Of a DNA stretch of 29,436 nt, positions 16,674-25,188 are shown in pieces. The stretch's first letter is position 1. Each line of letters opens with the position of its first letter. A model generated the notes under the pieces. The model worked only from the letters and a program-made list of their open reading frames with translations, was not told the origin of the DNA and searched no databases. The position numbers and the translations under genes were made by a program. The DNA comes from Candidatus Aenigmatarchaeota archaeon (lineage in GTDB: Archaea; Aenigmatarchaeota; Aenigmatarchaeia; GW2011-AR5). The stretch is from NCBI GenBank assembly GCA_043799385.1, contig JAZDNV010000006.1, positions 1 to 29,436 of the forward strand, given 5' to 3'.

Positions 16674-16763
16674 AGTATGGTGCGCATGAGGAGTATCATG
16701 TTTTCATGATACTCCTAGTTGTGGTATACGTCTACAGACGTATACCACTATGCGCGCCATACT
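16674..16763. repeat. Y-shaped nested inverted repeat element, copy 1
   Basis: 14-bp closing stem (16674-16687/16750-16763, one G-T pair) enclosing a 12-bp hairpin (16689-16716) and a 13-bp hairpin (16721-16748). Confidence 0.9.
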
Positions 16764-16800
16764 CACAACCAATTTAAGATTACGAGCCGCTTTGATACGT

Positions 16801-18327
16801 ATGGAGTTCGTCATTCATCCTTGGATAAACCAGAACGCTATAGAAAAAAGGGACTACCAGGACAACATCGTAAAAGTTGCAGTAACCGGCAATACGTTAT
16901 GCGTGCTGCCCACAGGCTTGGGAAAAACAAACATAGCAGCACTCGTTGCTGCTGATAGACTAATGAAGTTTCCTGACAACAAAATTCTTTTCATGGCGCC
17001 AACGAAGCCGTTGGTCGAGCAGCACAAGAAAACTTTTGAGAAATTCCTTAAGCTTGGCTTAGAATTGCGAATCGCTACGGGCAAGGACAATCCGGAAGAG
17101 CGTGCAAAACTATACAAAGATGGCAATATAATATTCGCCACGCCGCAGACGATAAGGAATGACATCAAAAGGGGGATAATTGATTTGAAAAGCTTCTCAT
17201 TGCTAATCGTTGATGAATGCCACCGCGCGATAGGCAATTACGCCTATCCTGCTGTCGCAAAGAGCTTCATCTACAATTCAAAAAGCCCGTTAATTCTCGG
17301 ATTAACGGCATCGCCTGGCTCGTTCCGCCAGAAAATCGACGAGGTGAAGAAAAGATTATTCATCGAGCACGTGGAGATACGCATGCGCGATGACGAGGAC
17401 GTCCGACCGTTCGTACAGGAATTGGAGCAGGAATGGGTTGAAGTAAAATTAAGCGAAAAAATGGGGGAGATGAAAAAAATTCTAGAGAATTTGAAGAACG
17501 AGAGGATTAAAAAATTGATGAACTGGAAGATACTGTTCGCACCAATAGCGACAAAATCGCGATTGATCGAGCTGCAACAAAGCCTTGCGAGGAAGAAAAC
17601 GGGCATGAGTTGGGCGGCGATGTCCGTGATCGCCGAGATAATGAAAATCGACCATGCATTGATATTGATAGAAACGCAATCGCTATACTCATTAAAAAAT
17701 TATCTTGAAAATCTGAGGGAGCAGAAAACGAAGGCGGTTGCACGTTTGTTCAACAACGAGGATTTCAATAAAGTCATTTCGATTGCAGACGAGCTCATCA
17801 GCAACGGCGATGAGCATCCGAAACTGCAGAAGCTGAGAGAGATTATAGAAGAATCTCTCGAAGACAACAAGTATGCGAGCATAATCGTTTTCGTGCAATA
17901 CCGCGACACGATAACAAAAATTCTGGAAATACTGAAAGGCATAAAATTCGCGTCGCCGATAGAGTTCATCGGCCAGACAAAGAAAGCCGGCAAAGGATTG
18001 AGCCAAAAAGAGCAGGTGCAGATACTGAACGAATTCAGGATGGGTTTTTACAACATACTAATTGCGAGTCAAATCGGCGAAGAAGGTTTGGATATTGAAG
18101 AAACAGACACGGTGGTATTCTACGAGCCGATACCATCGGCGATAAGGAAAATCCAGAGAACGGGAAGAACGGCCAGAACCAAACCAGGTAAGGTTATAAC
18201 TCTGATAACGAAAGGCACGCGCGACGAGGCGTATCACTGGTCCGGCTACCAGAAAGAGAAAAAGATGAAGAAAATACTGTACGGAATGAAAAACGAGAAC
18301 GAACAGAAAGATTTGACGAGTTTTTAA
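16801..18327 (+). CDS. Hef/FANCM-like DEAH-box helicase (helicase domain only)
   Basis: RDYQ, LPTGLGKT, APTKPLV.QH, TPQ, DECHRA.GNYAY, GLTASPG, HPKL, EEGLDI, YEP.PSAIR.IQR.GRT.R; ends QKDLTSF. Confidence 0.92.
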   Translation: MEFVIHPWINQNAIEKRDYQDNIVKVAVTGNTLCVLPTGLGKTNIAALVAADRLMKFPDNKILFMAPTKPLVEQHKKTFEKFLKLGLELRIATGKDNPEERAKLYKDGNIIFATPQTIRNDIKRGIIDLKSFSLLIVDECHRAIGNYAYPAVAKSFIYNSKSPLILGLTASPGSFRQKIDEVKKRLFIEHVEIRMRDDEDVRPFVQELEQEWVEVKLSEKMGEMKKILENLKNERIKKLMNWKILFAPIATKSRLIELQQSLARKKTGMSWAAMSVIAEIMKIDHALILIETQSLYSLKNYLENLREQKTKAVARLFNNEDFNKVISIADELISNGDEHPKLQKLREIIEESLEDNKYASIIVFVQYRDTITKILEILKGIKFASPIEFIGQTKKAGKGLSQKEQVQILNEFRMGFYNILIASQIGEEGLDIEETDTVVFYEPIPSAIRKIQRTGRTARTKPGKVITLITKGTRDEAYHWSGYQKEKKMKKILYGMKNENEQKDLTSF

Positions 18328-18342
18328 TGCAGATATAGCACA

Positions 18343-18621
18343 TCAGATTGAGTCAGAATATTTTTCGCCCAATTCTAATAAGAGTAAATATGCAATTGAA
18401 AAATTACCGAGATCTACACATTCAGAACAGCCTGTTTTGGTTCCCCTCTTTTTCATTTCTTTGTATATAGTTGCCACTTTCGGTTCTGATTGCTCTAATA
18501 ATTCTATAATTCGATCCCTGGCATCTGCACATCTTTTACAAGCATCCTTATTATTCAAATCTTTTCGAGCTAAAGGATTGTAATATATTATTACACGGAG
18601 TGCCTCTTTGATTTCATCCAT
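18343..18621 (-). CDS. Hypothetical protein with two CxxC motifs
   Basis: 92-aa ORF with CKRC and CSEC; AT-rich; fills the gap between hef and the TrmB-family gene. Confidence 0.55.
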   Translation of the reverse strand: MDEIKEALRVIIYYNPLARKDLNNKDACKRCADARDRIIELLEQSEPKVATIYKEMKKRGTKTGCSECVDLGNFSIAYLLLLELGEKYSDSI

Positions 18622-18668
18622 AAATCTCTAATCAAATATGAAAAATAGATTATTTAAAAAATCAGAAC

Positions 18669-19487
18669 TTACTTGACCGGTTTTGAATGATGCCAAACGA
18701 GCTCGAATAGTGGGTCAAGAACATTCGTTGATGCATGGCAGCTCTGCGTCCAGAAGGCGACGTCCTGCGTTGGATGCGTCTTTGTATCATCTGTAAGGCC
18801 GACTAGAAATTCTTCGCCATCGACCAGGCAAACGCGACCGACTAATTTTTCCACGTGCTCGACGTCATCGATGTCACGAACCTGGGCATATTTCGCCAGC
18901 TCTTTTGCAACGTTCGTTTTTCCAACAGGCGCGAGCAACTGTATTTTTACACCGTTTTCCGAGGCTTTTTTCATCAATGTAAGGTGGTTTTCTGCAAGCT
19001 CTTTTACTCCTGACTCGGTTGTTATGAGCTTTATTGATTTTTTAGCCTTTTTGAACATCGTCTCCATCTGCTGCAACATGGCGTATCGGCCTTTTAACGC
19101 GCCAGTGAGGTCTTCGGGCTTTACCGTCTTTATGTTGTCCTTGTAAAGCCTTTCCAACTCTCTTATTGCTTCAGACTTACTAAGCCTGTCCATCTTATTT
19201 CCCATCTCTACAGCGTCTTCCTGTATTTTTTTCTTCGCTCTTTCGACTGCTTCCTTTGGATTTATAGCCGCATACTTCATGGGTTTTCCCGGCTGTATTA
19301 CTATGAAACCACGACCTGCCAATGACTCAAGAACATCATAGCATCTCGATCTAGGAACGTTAGAAATATCAGAAAGTTCGCCAGCAGTCGAAGAACCGCG
19401 AGAAAGAAGAGCCGCCCACAAGTTTCTTTCGTACTTGTTCAGCCCTATTGACTTCAAAACATCAAGGGTTTTTGACGTGGCAATCAT
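18669..19487 (-). CDS. TrmB-family transcriptional regulator
   Basis: LKSIGLN.YE...W.ALL..G.STAGELS.IS.VPRSR.YDVL.SL...GF wHTH plus C-terminal effector-type domain. Confidence 0.9.
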   Translation of the reverse strand: MIATSKTLDVLKSIGLNKYERNLWAALLSRGSSTAGELSDISNVPRSRCYDVLESLAGRGFIVIQPGKPMKYAAINPKEAVERAKKKIQEDAVEMGNKMDRLSKSEAIRELERLYKDNIKTVKPEDLTGALKGRYAMLQQMETMFKKAKKSIKLITTESGVKELAENHLTLMKKASENGVKIQLLAPVGKTNVAKELAKYAQVRDIDDVEHVEKLVGRVCLVDGEEFLVGLTDDTKTHPTQDVAFWTQSCHASTNVLDPLFELVWHHSKPVK

Positions 19488-19499
19488 ACTATCAGTATA

Positions 19500-19679
19500 A
19501 ATTACATCTATAAAAAACTTTAAAAATGTTGTTTCTTAAGAATAACTAAAATTTTCACAAAAATTTCAATTACAAAGAGCCTCTTCCTCAATTACAACTT
19601 TTTCAGTTTTATGGGAGCAGCTGACCTCGATGATTTTTACCGAATATGACATTACGCTGAAATTACATTTCAATTACAA
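19500..19679. repeat. Cluster of short direct repeats (TCAATTACAA x3, AATTACA x2)
   Basis: TCAATTACAA at 19566, 19588 and 19670; AATTACA at 19500 and 19661; all in the same orientation in an AT-rich 200-bp intergenic region. Confidence 0.75.
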
Positions 19680-19690
19680 CAATTCTGCAA

Positions 19691-20857
19691 CTAGAACCAG
19701 CTTCCCTTTTTCTGCTTCTTCGCCTCTTCCTTATACTTCTTGTCCAGCTCTATGACCACATTTTTGACGTTTTCAACCGCCTTTTTGTTGTCGCCGACGC
19801 CGCATGAATTGCCGACGCCGATTATTATGATTTTTTCGTTCTTCTTCGAGCGGTTTACAGATTTATTTATCGCATTTTTTACGCTTGGCATCGAATTGAA
19901 TATCTCCTTTTTCATGGGAACTATCGCATCCTCCATGCCTACTTTCACCACGATACTGTCCATAGGTATCTTTTTCACGAGCAGAACATTCTCGATCATC
20001 TCTCTCTGGCCGATTCCGCCCATTGCAAAGCCGACACCCTCGGCGACGCTACCCGATTTTTCGCCCTCGAGCTTCTGCGCAGCGTCTATAGTTATTATTT
20101 TTCCAATCTTGTTTCTCTTCATTATTTTATTTATCGCCTCATCGATTCTACCTAAACTGGGCTCAGGTCCCTTTGCCTTGAGGACAAAACATTTTCTTCC
20201 GTTTATTATCGTCTCGCCATAAACGATTTCTTCAGCAATCTCTCTGCTACTGTCTATCATCGATGCAGCAACTAACGGACCAATCGAGTCGCCGATTGGC
20301 CATCCGTTTATGAATGCCTCTGTGCCCTTAAACTCGCTTTCTGCGATTTTCTCTATTATAGGCAACTGCATCTGGAGTATCATAGCAATCTGCAGGTTCT
20401 TGAACTTCTTTGACAATTCGACAAAGTGTCGCACCATCTTTGATATCTGGCGAAGGCCGATGGCCGCACGCAAGCTGTAATTCAGCTCCTTTTTTTCCTT
20501 TGCGTTCAGATTACTGGCAATGGAATCCGTGAATTCTGCAAAGCGCGTCTCCATGCTCCTTATTGTCTGGTCGATTTTCTTCACTAGGCCGAAAGGATCG
20601 ATGGCCGACGGCTCGACAACAAAGAAATCAGTGAATTCGTTTATCTCTTTTCTCAATTCCTTTGTCGGATGCTTCATTACTTTTTTCGAGACCATAACGT
20701 TTGCTCGCTGTGACATCTCCTCCATCTTTCTTGCTGACTGCTCGAGCTTGTATATCATCTGCGAAAGCATCAGGCGCGGATAGAAGAATATGAATACAAA
20801 AAACATGAGGAACCATATTATTGTTCCGATAGCGTCCGTCTGCATCAGTATAACCAT
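19691..20857 (-). CDS. DUF1512 family membrane-anchored archaeal protein
   Basis: N-terminal TM; FFVVEP..IDP.G, LQ.A..LQM.LP, PIGDSIGPLVA, IITIDAA.KLEGE.SG.VAEGVG, IIGVGN..G. Confidence 0.8.
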   Translation of the reverse strand: MVILMQTDAIGTIIWFLMFFVFIFFYPRLMLSQMIYKLEQSARKMEEMSQRANVMVSKKVMKHPTKELRKEINEFTDFFVVEPSAIDPFGLVKKIDQTIRSMETRFAEFTDSIASNLNAKEKKELNYSLRAAIGLRQISKMVRHFVELSKKFKNLQIAMILQMQLPIIEKIAESEFKGTEAFINGWPIGDSIGPLVAASMIDSSREIAEEIVYGETIINGRKCFVLKAKGPEPSLGRIDEAINKIMKRNKIGKIITIDAAQKLEGEKSGSVAEGVGFAMGGIGQREMIENVLLVKKIPMDSIVVKVGMEDAIVPMKKEIFNSMPSVKNAINKSVNRSKKNEKIIIIGVGNSCGVGDNKKAVENVKNVVIELDKKYKEEAKKQKKGSWF

Positions 20858-20919
20858 ATAATCACTCAAGAGCAAATGAATAAAGGAAAATAAAGTATTT
20901 AAAATGATTTTAATTTCTC

Positions 20920-21013
20920 TAGCTTTGCACAAAAAATGATGTGCATCTGTATGATGCACATCGATTGTAGGCTATCGTCGCAAAGACGATAGCCTGGTTT
21001 TTGTGCAAAGCTA
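20920..21013. mobile_element. Y-shaped nested inverted repeat element, copy 2; MITE-like with apparent target-site duplication
   Basis: Perfect 16-bp terminal stem (20920-20935/20998-21013); 10-bp hairpin (20938-20962); 11-bp hairpin (20969-20995); direct repeat TAATTTCTCT at 20911-20920 and 21012-21021. Confidence 0.7.
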
Positions 21014-23188
21014 ATTTCTCTTGTATCTTTTCATCAGCAGCGAGTTGCTAACAACGGAAACGGATGAAAATGCCATCGCTGCTCCGGCAACCATTGGGTT
21101 GAGCAAAAAGCCTGTGAACGGATATAATAATCCTGCAGCGATTGGTATTCCGATTGAATTGTAGAAGAACGCCCAGAAAAGGTTCTGCTTTATTTTCTTC
21201 ATCGTATAATTGCTAAGGTCGATAGCAGTAACGACGTCCCGCAAATCATTTTTTATCAGGACCATCTGTCCCGTCTCCAGAGCAATGTCCGTACCTGCGC
21301 CTATGGCAATACCGACGTCAGCAGCAGCCAAAGCCGGCGCGTCATTTATTCCGTCACCGACCATTGCGACGAATTTGCCAGCCTTCTGCAACTTTCTGAC
21401 CTCCTTTTCTTTGTCGCCTGGCAGAACGTCCGCCAGAACATTGTCTATTTCTAATTTCTTTGCCACTGCGCCTGCTGTTCTCTTGTTATCGCCTGTTATC
21501 ATCACGACTTCTTTGCCCATGTCATGCAATTGTCGAACCGCGTTTTTTGCGTTGTCCTTTATCGTATCAGCGACTGCGATTAATCCGATAATCTTCTTAT
21601 TCAGCGCGAGAATCATCACGGTCTTTCCTTCATCCTCCACGTTGCTTATCTTTTCATCGTCGACCGTTAACCTGTATTTTTTCATCAGGCTCCTGTTGCC
21701 GAAGAAAATCTCCTTTCTGCCATATCTCGCCCTGATTCCATGACCAGGTATTGCCTCAAAGAAATTGGCATCAGGAACGGTAATTTTTTCCTTTTTTGCC
21801 TTGTTCATAATCGCTTCCGCGAGCGGGTGCTCTGATTTTTTCTCTGCTATTGCGGCGTACTTCAAAATTTCTTTTTTCTTTGATTTTCCAAATTGAACTA
21901 TATCGGTAACTTCTGGTTTGCCTTTTGTCAACGTTCCTGTCTTGTCAAAAATTATTGTCGTGAGTTTGTGAGCATTTTCCAGGGCTTCGGCATTTTTGAT
22001 TAAGATTCCGTTCTCTGCTGCCTTTCCTGTGCCAACCATTATTGCCGTAGGCGTTGCAAGACCTAGCGCGCAAGGGCATGCAATTATCAGGACCGCTATG
22101 AAAATTCCCAAAGAAAAGACAAAGCCTTGGCCTAAAACAAGGTACCACAGCATGGAGGACATAACCGCTATAATAATGACTGCCGGCACAAAATAGCCGC
22201 TAACTTTGTCTGCTATCCTCTGTATTGGTGCCTTGCTGCCCTGCGCTTCTTCTACTAACTGCACGATCTGGTTCAGTACCGTGTCTTTGCCTATTTTCGT
22301 TGCCCTGAATCTGAACGAGCCGTGCTTGTTTATCGTTGCACCGATAACAGGAGAGCCTTTCTTTTTCTCGACTGGAATGCTCTCACCTGTAACCATCGAT
22401 TCGTCGACAGAAGAAAAGCCGTCAAAAACTATGCCGTCAACTGGTATTTTCTGGCCAGGCTTTACTACAACGATATCACCAACTACGACGTCTTCTATAG
22501 GTATCTGCAACTCTTTTCCGTTTCTTACAACAATTGCAGTCTTCGGCTGCAGACCTACAAGTTTCTTAATCGCTTCCGAGGCTTTGCCCTTTGTCACCGA
22601 CTCAAGCCATTTCCCGAGGATGATAAACGTGATAAGAATCGCAGATGTATCAAAATATGTATAGCTTCCAAATGACGTCAGCGTTGCTAAAACGCTGTAG
22701 AAATATGCAGCGCTCGTTCCTGTAGCCACCAACGTGTCCATAGTCGCAGTCCTTGCCTTCAGCGCCGCAAGAGCTCCTTCATAGAACCGGTATCCGACAA
22801 CGAATTGCACTGGCGTTGCTAGAGCGAGCAGTATAAAATTCTGGTTGGGTAGAATTATATTGAAAAATTCAGGAAATGACAGGATGAATATCGGCACTGA
22901 TAAAATCGTGGATGTGATAAACAATTTCTTTAACGTTGATATCTCTTTCTTTTTTTCCATTGCTGCATGGTCGTGCATCAAGGCACTGGCGACCTTGTAA
23001 CCCAACTTTTCAATCGCATTTATTATCCTGTCTTCCTTTATTTTTTTCTCGGTATATTCCACGGTCGCCTTCTCTGTTGCAAAATTTACGTTCGCGTCGA
23101 TGACTCCGTCTAATTTTTTCAATGCCTTTTCTATTCTCTGCGCACAGGATGCGCAGTGCATGCCCGAAACCGAGAATATCTTCTTCAT
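21011..23188 (-). CDS. copA: Copper-translocating P1B-1 type ATPase
   Basis: N-terminal GMHCASC HMA domain, [40 protein letters not shown] and MAFSS Cu(I)-type TM motifs. Confidence 0.95.
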   Translation of the reverse strand: MKKIFSVSGMHCASCAQRIEKALKKLDGVIDANVNFATEKATVEYTEKKIKEDRIINAIEKLGYKVASALMHDHAAMEKKKEISTLKKLFITSTILSVPIFILSFPEFFNIILPNQNFILLALATPVQFVVGYRFYEGALAALKARTATMDTLVATGTSAAYFYSVLATLTSFGSYTYFDTSAILITFIILGKWLESVTKGKASEAIKKLVGLQPKTAIVVRNGKELQIPIEDVVVGDIVVVKPGQKIPVDGIVFDGFSSVDESMVTGESIPVEKKKGSPVIGATINKHGSFRFRATKIGKDTVLNQIVQLVEEAQGSKAPIQRIADKVSGYFVPAVIIIAVMSSMLWYLVLGQGFVFSLGIFIAVLIIACPCALGLATPTAIMVGTGKAAENGILIKNAEALENAHKLTTIIFDKTGTLTKGKPEVTDIVQFGKSKKKEILKYAAIAEKKSEHPLAEAIMNKAKKEKITVPDANFFEAIPGHGIRARYGRKEIFFGNRSLMKKYRLTVDDEKISNVEDEGKTVMILALNKKIIGLIAVADTIKDNAKNAVRQLHDMGKEVVMITGDNKRTAGAVAKKLEIDNVLADVLPGDKEKEVRKLQKAGKFVAMVGDGINDAPALAAADVGIAIGAGTDIALETGQMVLIKNDLRDVVTAIDLSNYTMKKIKQNLFWAFFYNSIGIPIAAGLLYPFTGFLLNPMVAGAAMAFSSVSVVSNSLLMKRYKRN

Positions 23189-23217
23189 ATTTTTATTCTG
23201 TTTGTCGATTTTTTATA

Positions 23218-24450
23218 TCACTTACTCCCACAGCCGCATCCGCAACTACCGGAACTGCCACTAAGCGCAGGTGCGATTCCTGTGTATGCTGCAACAGAGC
23301 CGTCTGAATTTTCTACAACTATCTGCCCCTGATACATGTTCATGGAACATGCAAACTTGAAGGTGCCTGATTTGTCTGGTGTAAATTCTATCACGTTGTC
23401 GCCTGTTTTCAAAGTCTTCTTTATGCCGTATTCAGGGATTACAATGCTTCTTGAACATCCTTTCACGCTGTTCATGTCAGCCACTAGCTGCACTGGAATC
23501 CCTTTCTTCACGCGTATTGGATTTGGGTAGTAGTTCGAGCCCTGCACGGATAACTGCACTATCTGGACGCCATCTTTTATCGCAGCAAGACTGCTGTCAG
23601 TACTTTTTCCGGTAATTGGGTTGCCACTATCGATTATCTGGTTGCTCGGTGATTCGCTCAATACTTTTGCAGGATACTCTTTGAAAACGTCCAGCGACAG
23701 CATTTTCTGTCTATCCGTTTTTGCCGAATCATAGCTCACATCAAATATATTCGGGAAAGAAAATTGCACGCCTGTAACGCCATCAATCGTTTTTAATTCA
23801 CTAGATATCAACGGCGCATGACCAGGGCATGGTATATCCACCTCCAGCCTTATCGAATCAGCGCCGATTGCGTACACGCCTGACGCCGATAAAGACACGT
23901 TCGCGAGAAGCGGGAATATCAGCATGAACAACACAAGGTTGATGCCTATCGTCGAGCCGTACATTGCTGAGAGATATTTCCATTTTCTCTTCATGCCGTC
24001 CAGCGATAACAATCCGTTCTTTCTGAGGTACCATGCTGATGAAAGCGTTGCAAACACCAGTGACAACAGGATAAGGGCATGGAAAAACCATCTGTTCATC
24101 AAGAGCGGTTTGAAGAACTCCATCAGCACGGTGACGCCCAGAACAGAACCTATTATAAATGCAATGCACCCTATGTGCGGTATGAGTCCGTAAACGATTC
24201 CCTGCCGGACAGAACTCTTTGCCTTGCCGCTACCGGTGTCATATCCTAAATTATCAATCTCTGCCTTTATTTCAGCTACATCTATTTGTGTACTATCAAA
24301 ACGGATGTGCGCCTTTTCTTTGGCGATATCCACATTTATGCTATCTACGCCATGCAGCTGCGATATCTTTTCTTCTATCTTTTGTTTGCAGGAAGCGCAG
24401 TGCATCCCCTTTATGCCGATTGTTTTCTCTTCATAGCCATCTTCTTCCAT
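23218..24450 (-). CDS. Multidomain metal-binding membrane protein (HMA - TM segments - HMA-like - cupredoxin-like - Cys tail)
   Basis: GMHCASC; three hydrophobic segments including PHIGC; IPCPGH; YYPNPI.VKKG.PV...GC...FACSMNM; tail SCGCGCGSK; GGTGG SD. Confidence 0.8.
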   Translation of the reverse strand: MEEDGYEEKTIGIKGMHCASCKQKIEEKISQLHGVDSINVDIAKEKAHIRFDSTQIDVAEIKAEIDNLGYDTGSGKAKSSVRQGIVYGLIPHIGCIAFIIGSVLGVTVLMEFFKPLLMNRWFFHALILLSLVFATLSSAWYLRKNGLLSLDGMKRKWKYLSAMYGSTIGINLVLFMLIFPLLANVSLSASGVYAIGADSIRLEVDIPCPGHAPLISSELKTIDGVTGVQFSFPNIFDVSYDSAKTDRQKMLSLDVFKEYPAKVLSESPSNQIIDSGNPITGKSTDSSLAAIKDGVQIVQLSVQGSNYYPNPIRVKKGIPVQLVADMNSVKGCSRSIVIPEYGIKKTLKTGDNVIEFTPDKSGTFKFACSMNMYQGQIVVENSDGSVAAYTGIAPALSGSSGSCGCGCGSK

Positions 24451-24481
24451 TCCGACCACCTTCTTAATTTTTCATCTGAAA

Positions 24482-24600
24482 CATCAAGGCAGGGATCACA
24501 CCTGCCGTGATGCCATGGAATACCGCTTATGATTGCAATTCAATCATATAGAAATATAGTACTGAAACGGCATATAATGCATTGTATGAAACTAGTTTCA
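24482..24600. promoter_or_regulatory. Promoter/leader region of the copper genes with several palindromes (candidate operators)
   Basis: TATGATTG-N5-CAATCATA (24528-24548); TGAAACTAGTTTCA (24587-24600); hairpin CATCA-GGCAGG/CCTGCC-TGATG (24482-24512); TTATAT box at ~24572-24577 on the minus strand. Confidence 0.45.
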
Positions 24601-25107
24601 CTCGTTCCTTAGAACAACCACGTTTGTCATGCCGCGCCTTCTTCTCTCGACCAGACGACGTCCCTCCAATTTATCGATGATTCTCGTGACCTTGACCTTT
24701 GAAAACTTCGTCTTATCAACTAAATCTGACTGGAAAATCGTTCCCTGCGATTCGATTATTTTTTCAAAAACAAACTTTTCATCTTTGCTCAAACTGCCAA
24801 GAATCTTCTGATAGTTTTCTTTCGTAATATTTTTCGGCTCAACCTGCTGGTGCACTTTTTTTATCTTTGTGACTATCTTTTCTTCCCTGCCGAAAAATAT
24901 CAGGTACAGACCGATTATTATAACAAAGGCCATCAACGCTATACCGACGTTTGTCTGGAAATCAATCGTCCCCCACATCGGGCAGCTCGACCCGTGCGAG
25001 CACTGTGTATTCACGATATCGGTCAGCGCCCGATTGAACGAGAACACTATGAAACCTATCAGGATTGCGATGCCGACTATCATTATCCCTACGACTCGGT
25101 TTTTCAT
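24598..25107 (-). CDS. Membrane-anchored winged-helix (MarR-like) transcriptional regulator
   Basis: Two N-terminal TM helices flanking CSHGSSCPM; C-terminal LS.DE......I....G.I.QSDLV..T.FSK.KVTR..D.LE...LVER.RRGMTN.V wHTH. Confidence 0.85.
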   Translation of the reverse strand: MKNRVVGIMIVGIAILIGFIVFSFNRALTDIVNTQCSHGSSCPMWGTIDFQTNVGIALMAFVIIIGLYLIFFGREEKIVTKIKKVHQQVEPKNITKENYQKILGSLSKDEKFVFEKIIESQGTIFQSDLVDKTKFSKVKVTRIIDKLEGRRLVERRRRGMTNVVVLRNE

Positions 25108-25188
25108 AGATTAGGTATGGTGGTTATTTATTTAAGCATTTCAGAAAAGGTTGAAAATCTTTTTATCTTGCTACCGCAATATATCCCT

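Noticed and set aside
16719..16800. ORF-track starts at 16719 and 16750 (N-terminal extension of hef)
   Set aside because: They begin inside the Y-shaped palindrome; Hef similarity starts at ATG 16801.
19500..19679. Mini CRISPR array
   Set aside because: Repeats are only 7-10 bp and irregularly spaced, unlike 24-47 bp CRISPR repeats with uniform spacers.
20858..20959. N-terminal extension of the DUF1512 ORF (MHHTDAHH...)
   Set aside because: It starts within Y-element copy 2 and runs through the likely promoter; the His-rich look is a by-product of the palindrome.
24460..24560. Known riboswitch (e.g. fluoride) in the leader of the copper genes
   Set aside because: Hairpins are present, but I could not match conserved nucleotides of any riboswitch class I know.
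24850..25188. N-terminal 113 aa of the 319-aa ORF
   Set aside because: Largely antisense to the membrane wHTH regulator; the protein-like part begins at ATG 25189.
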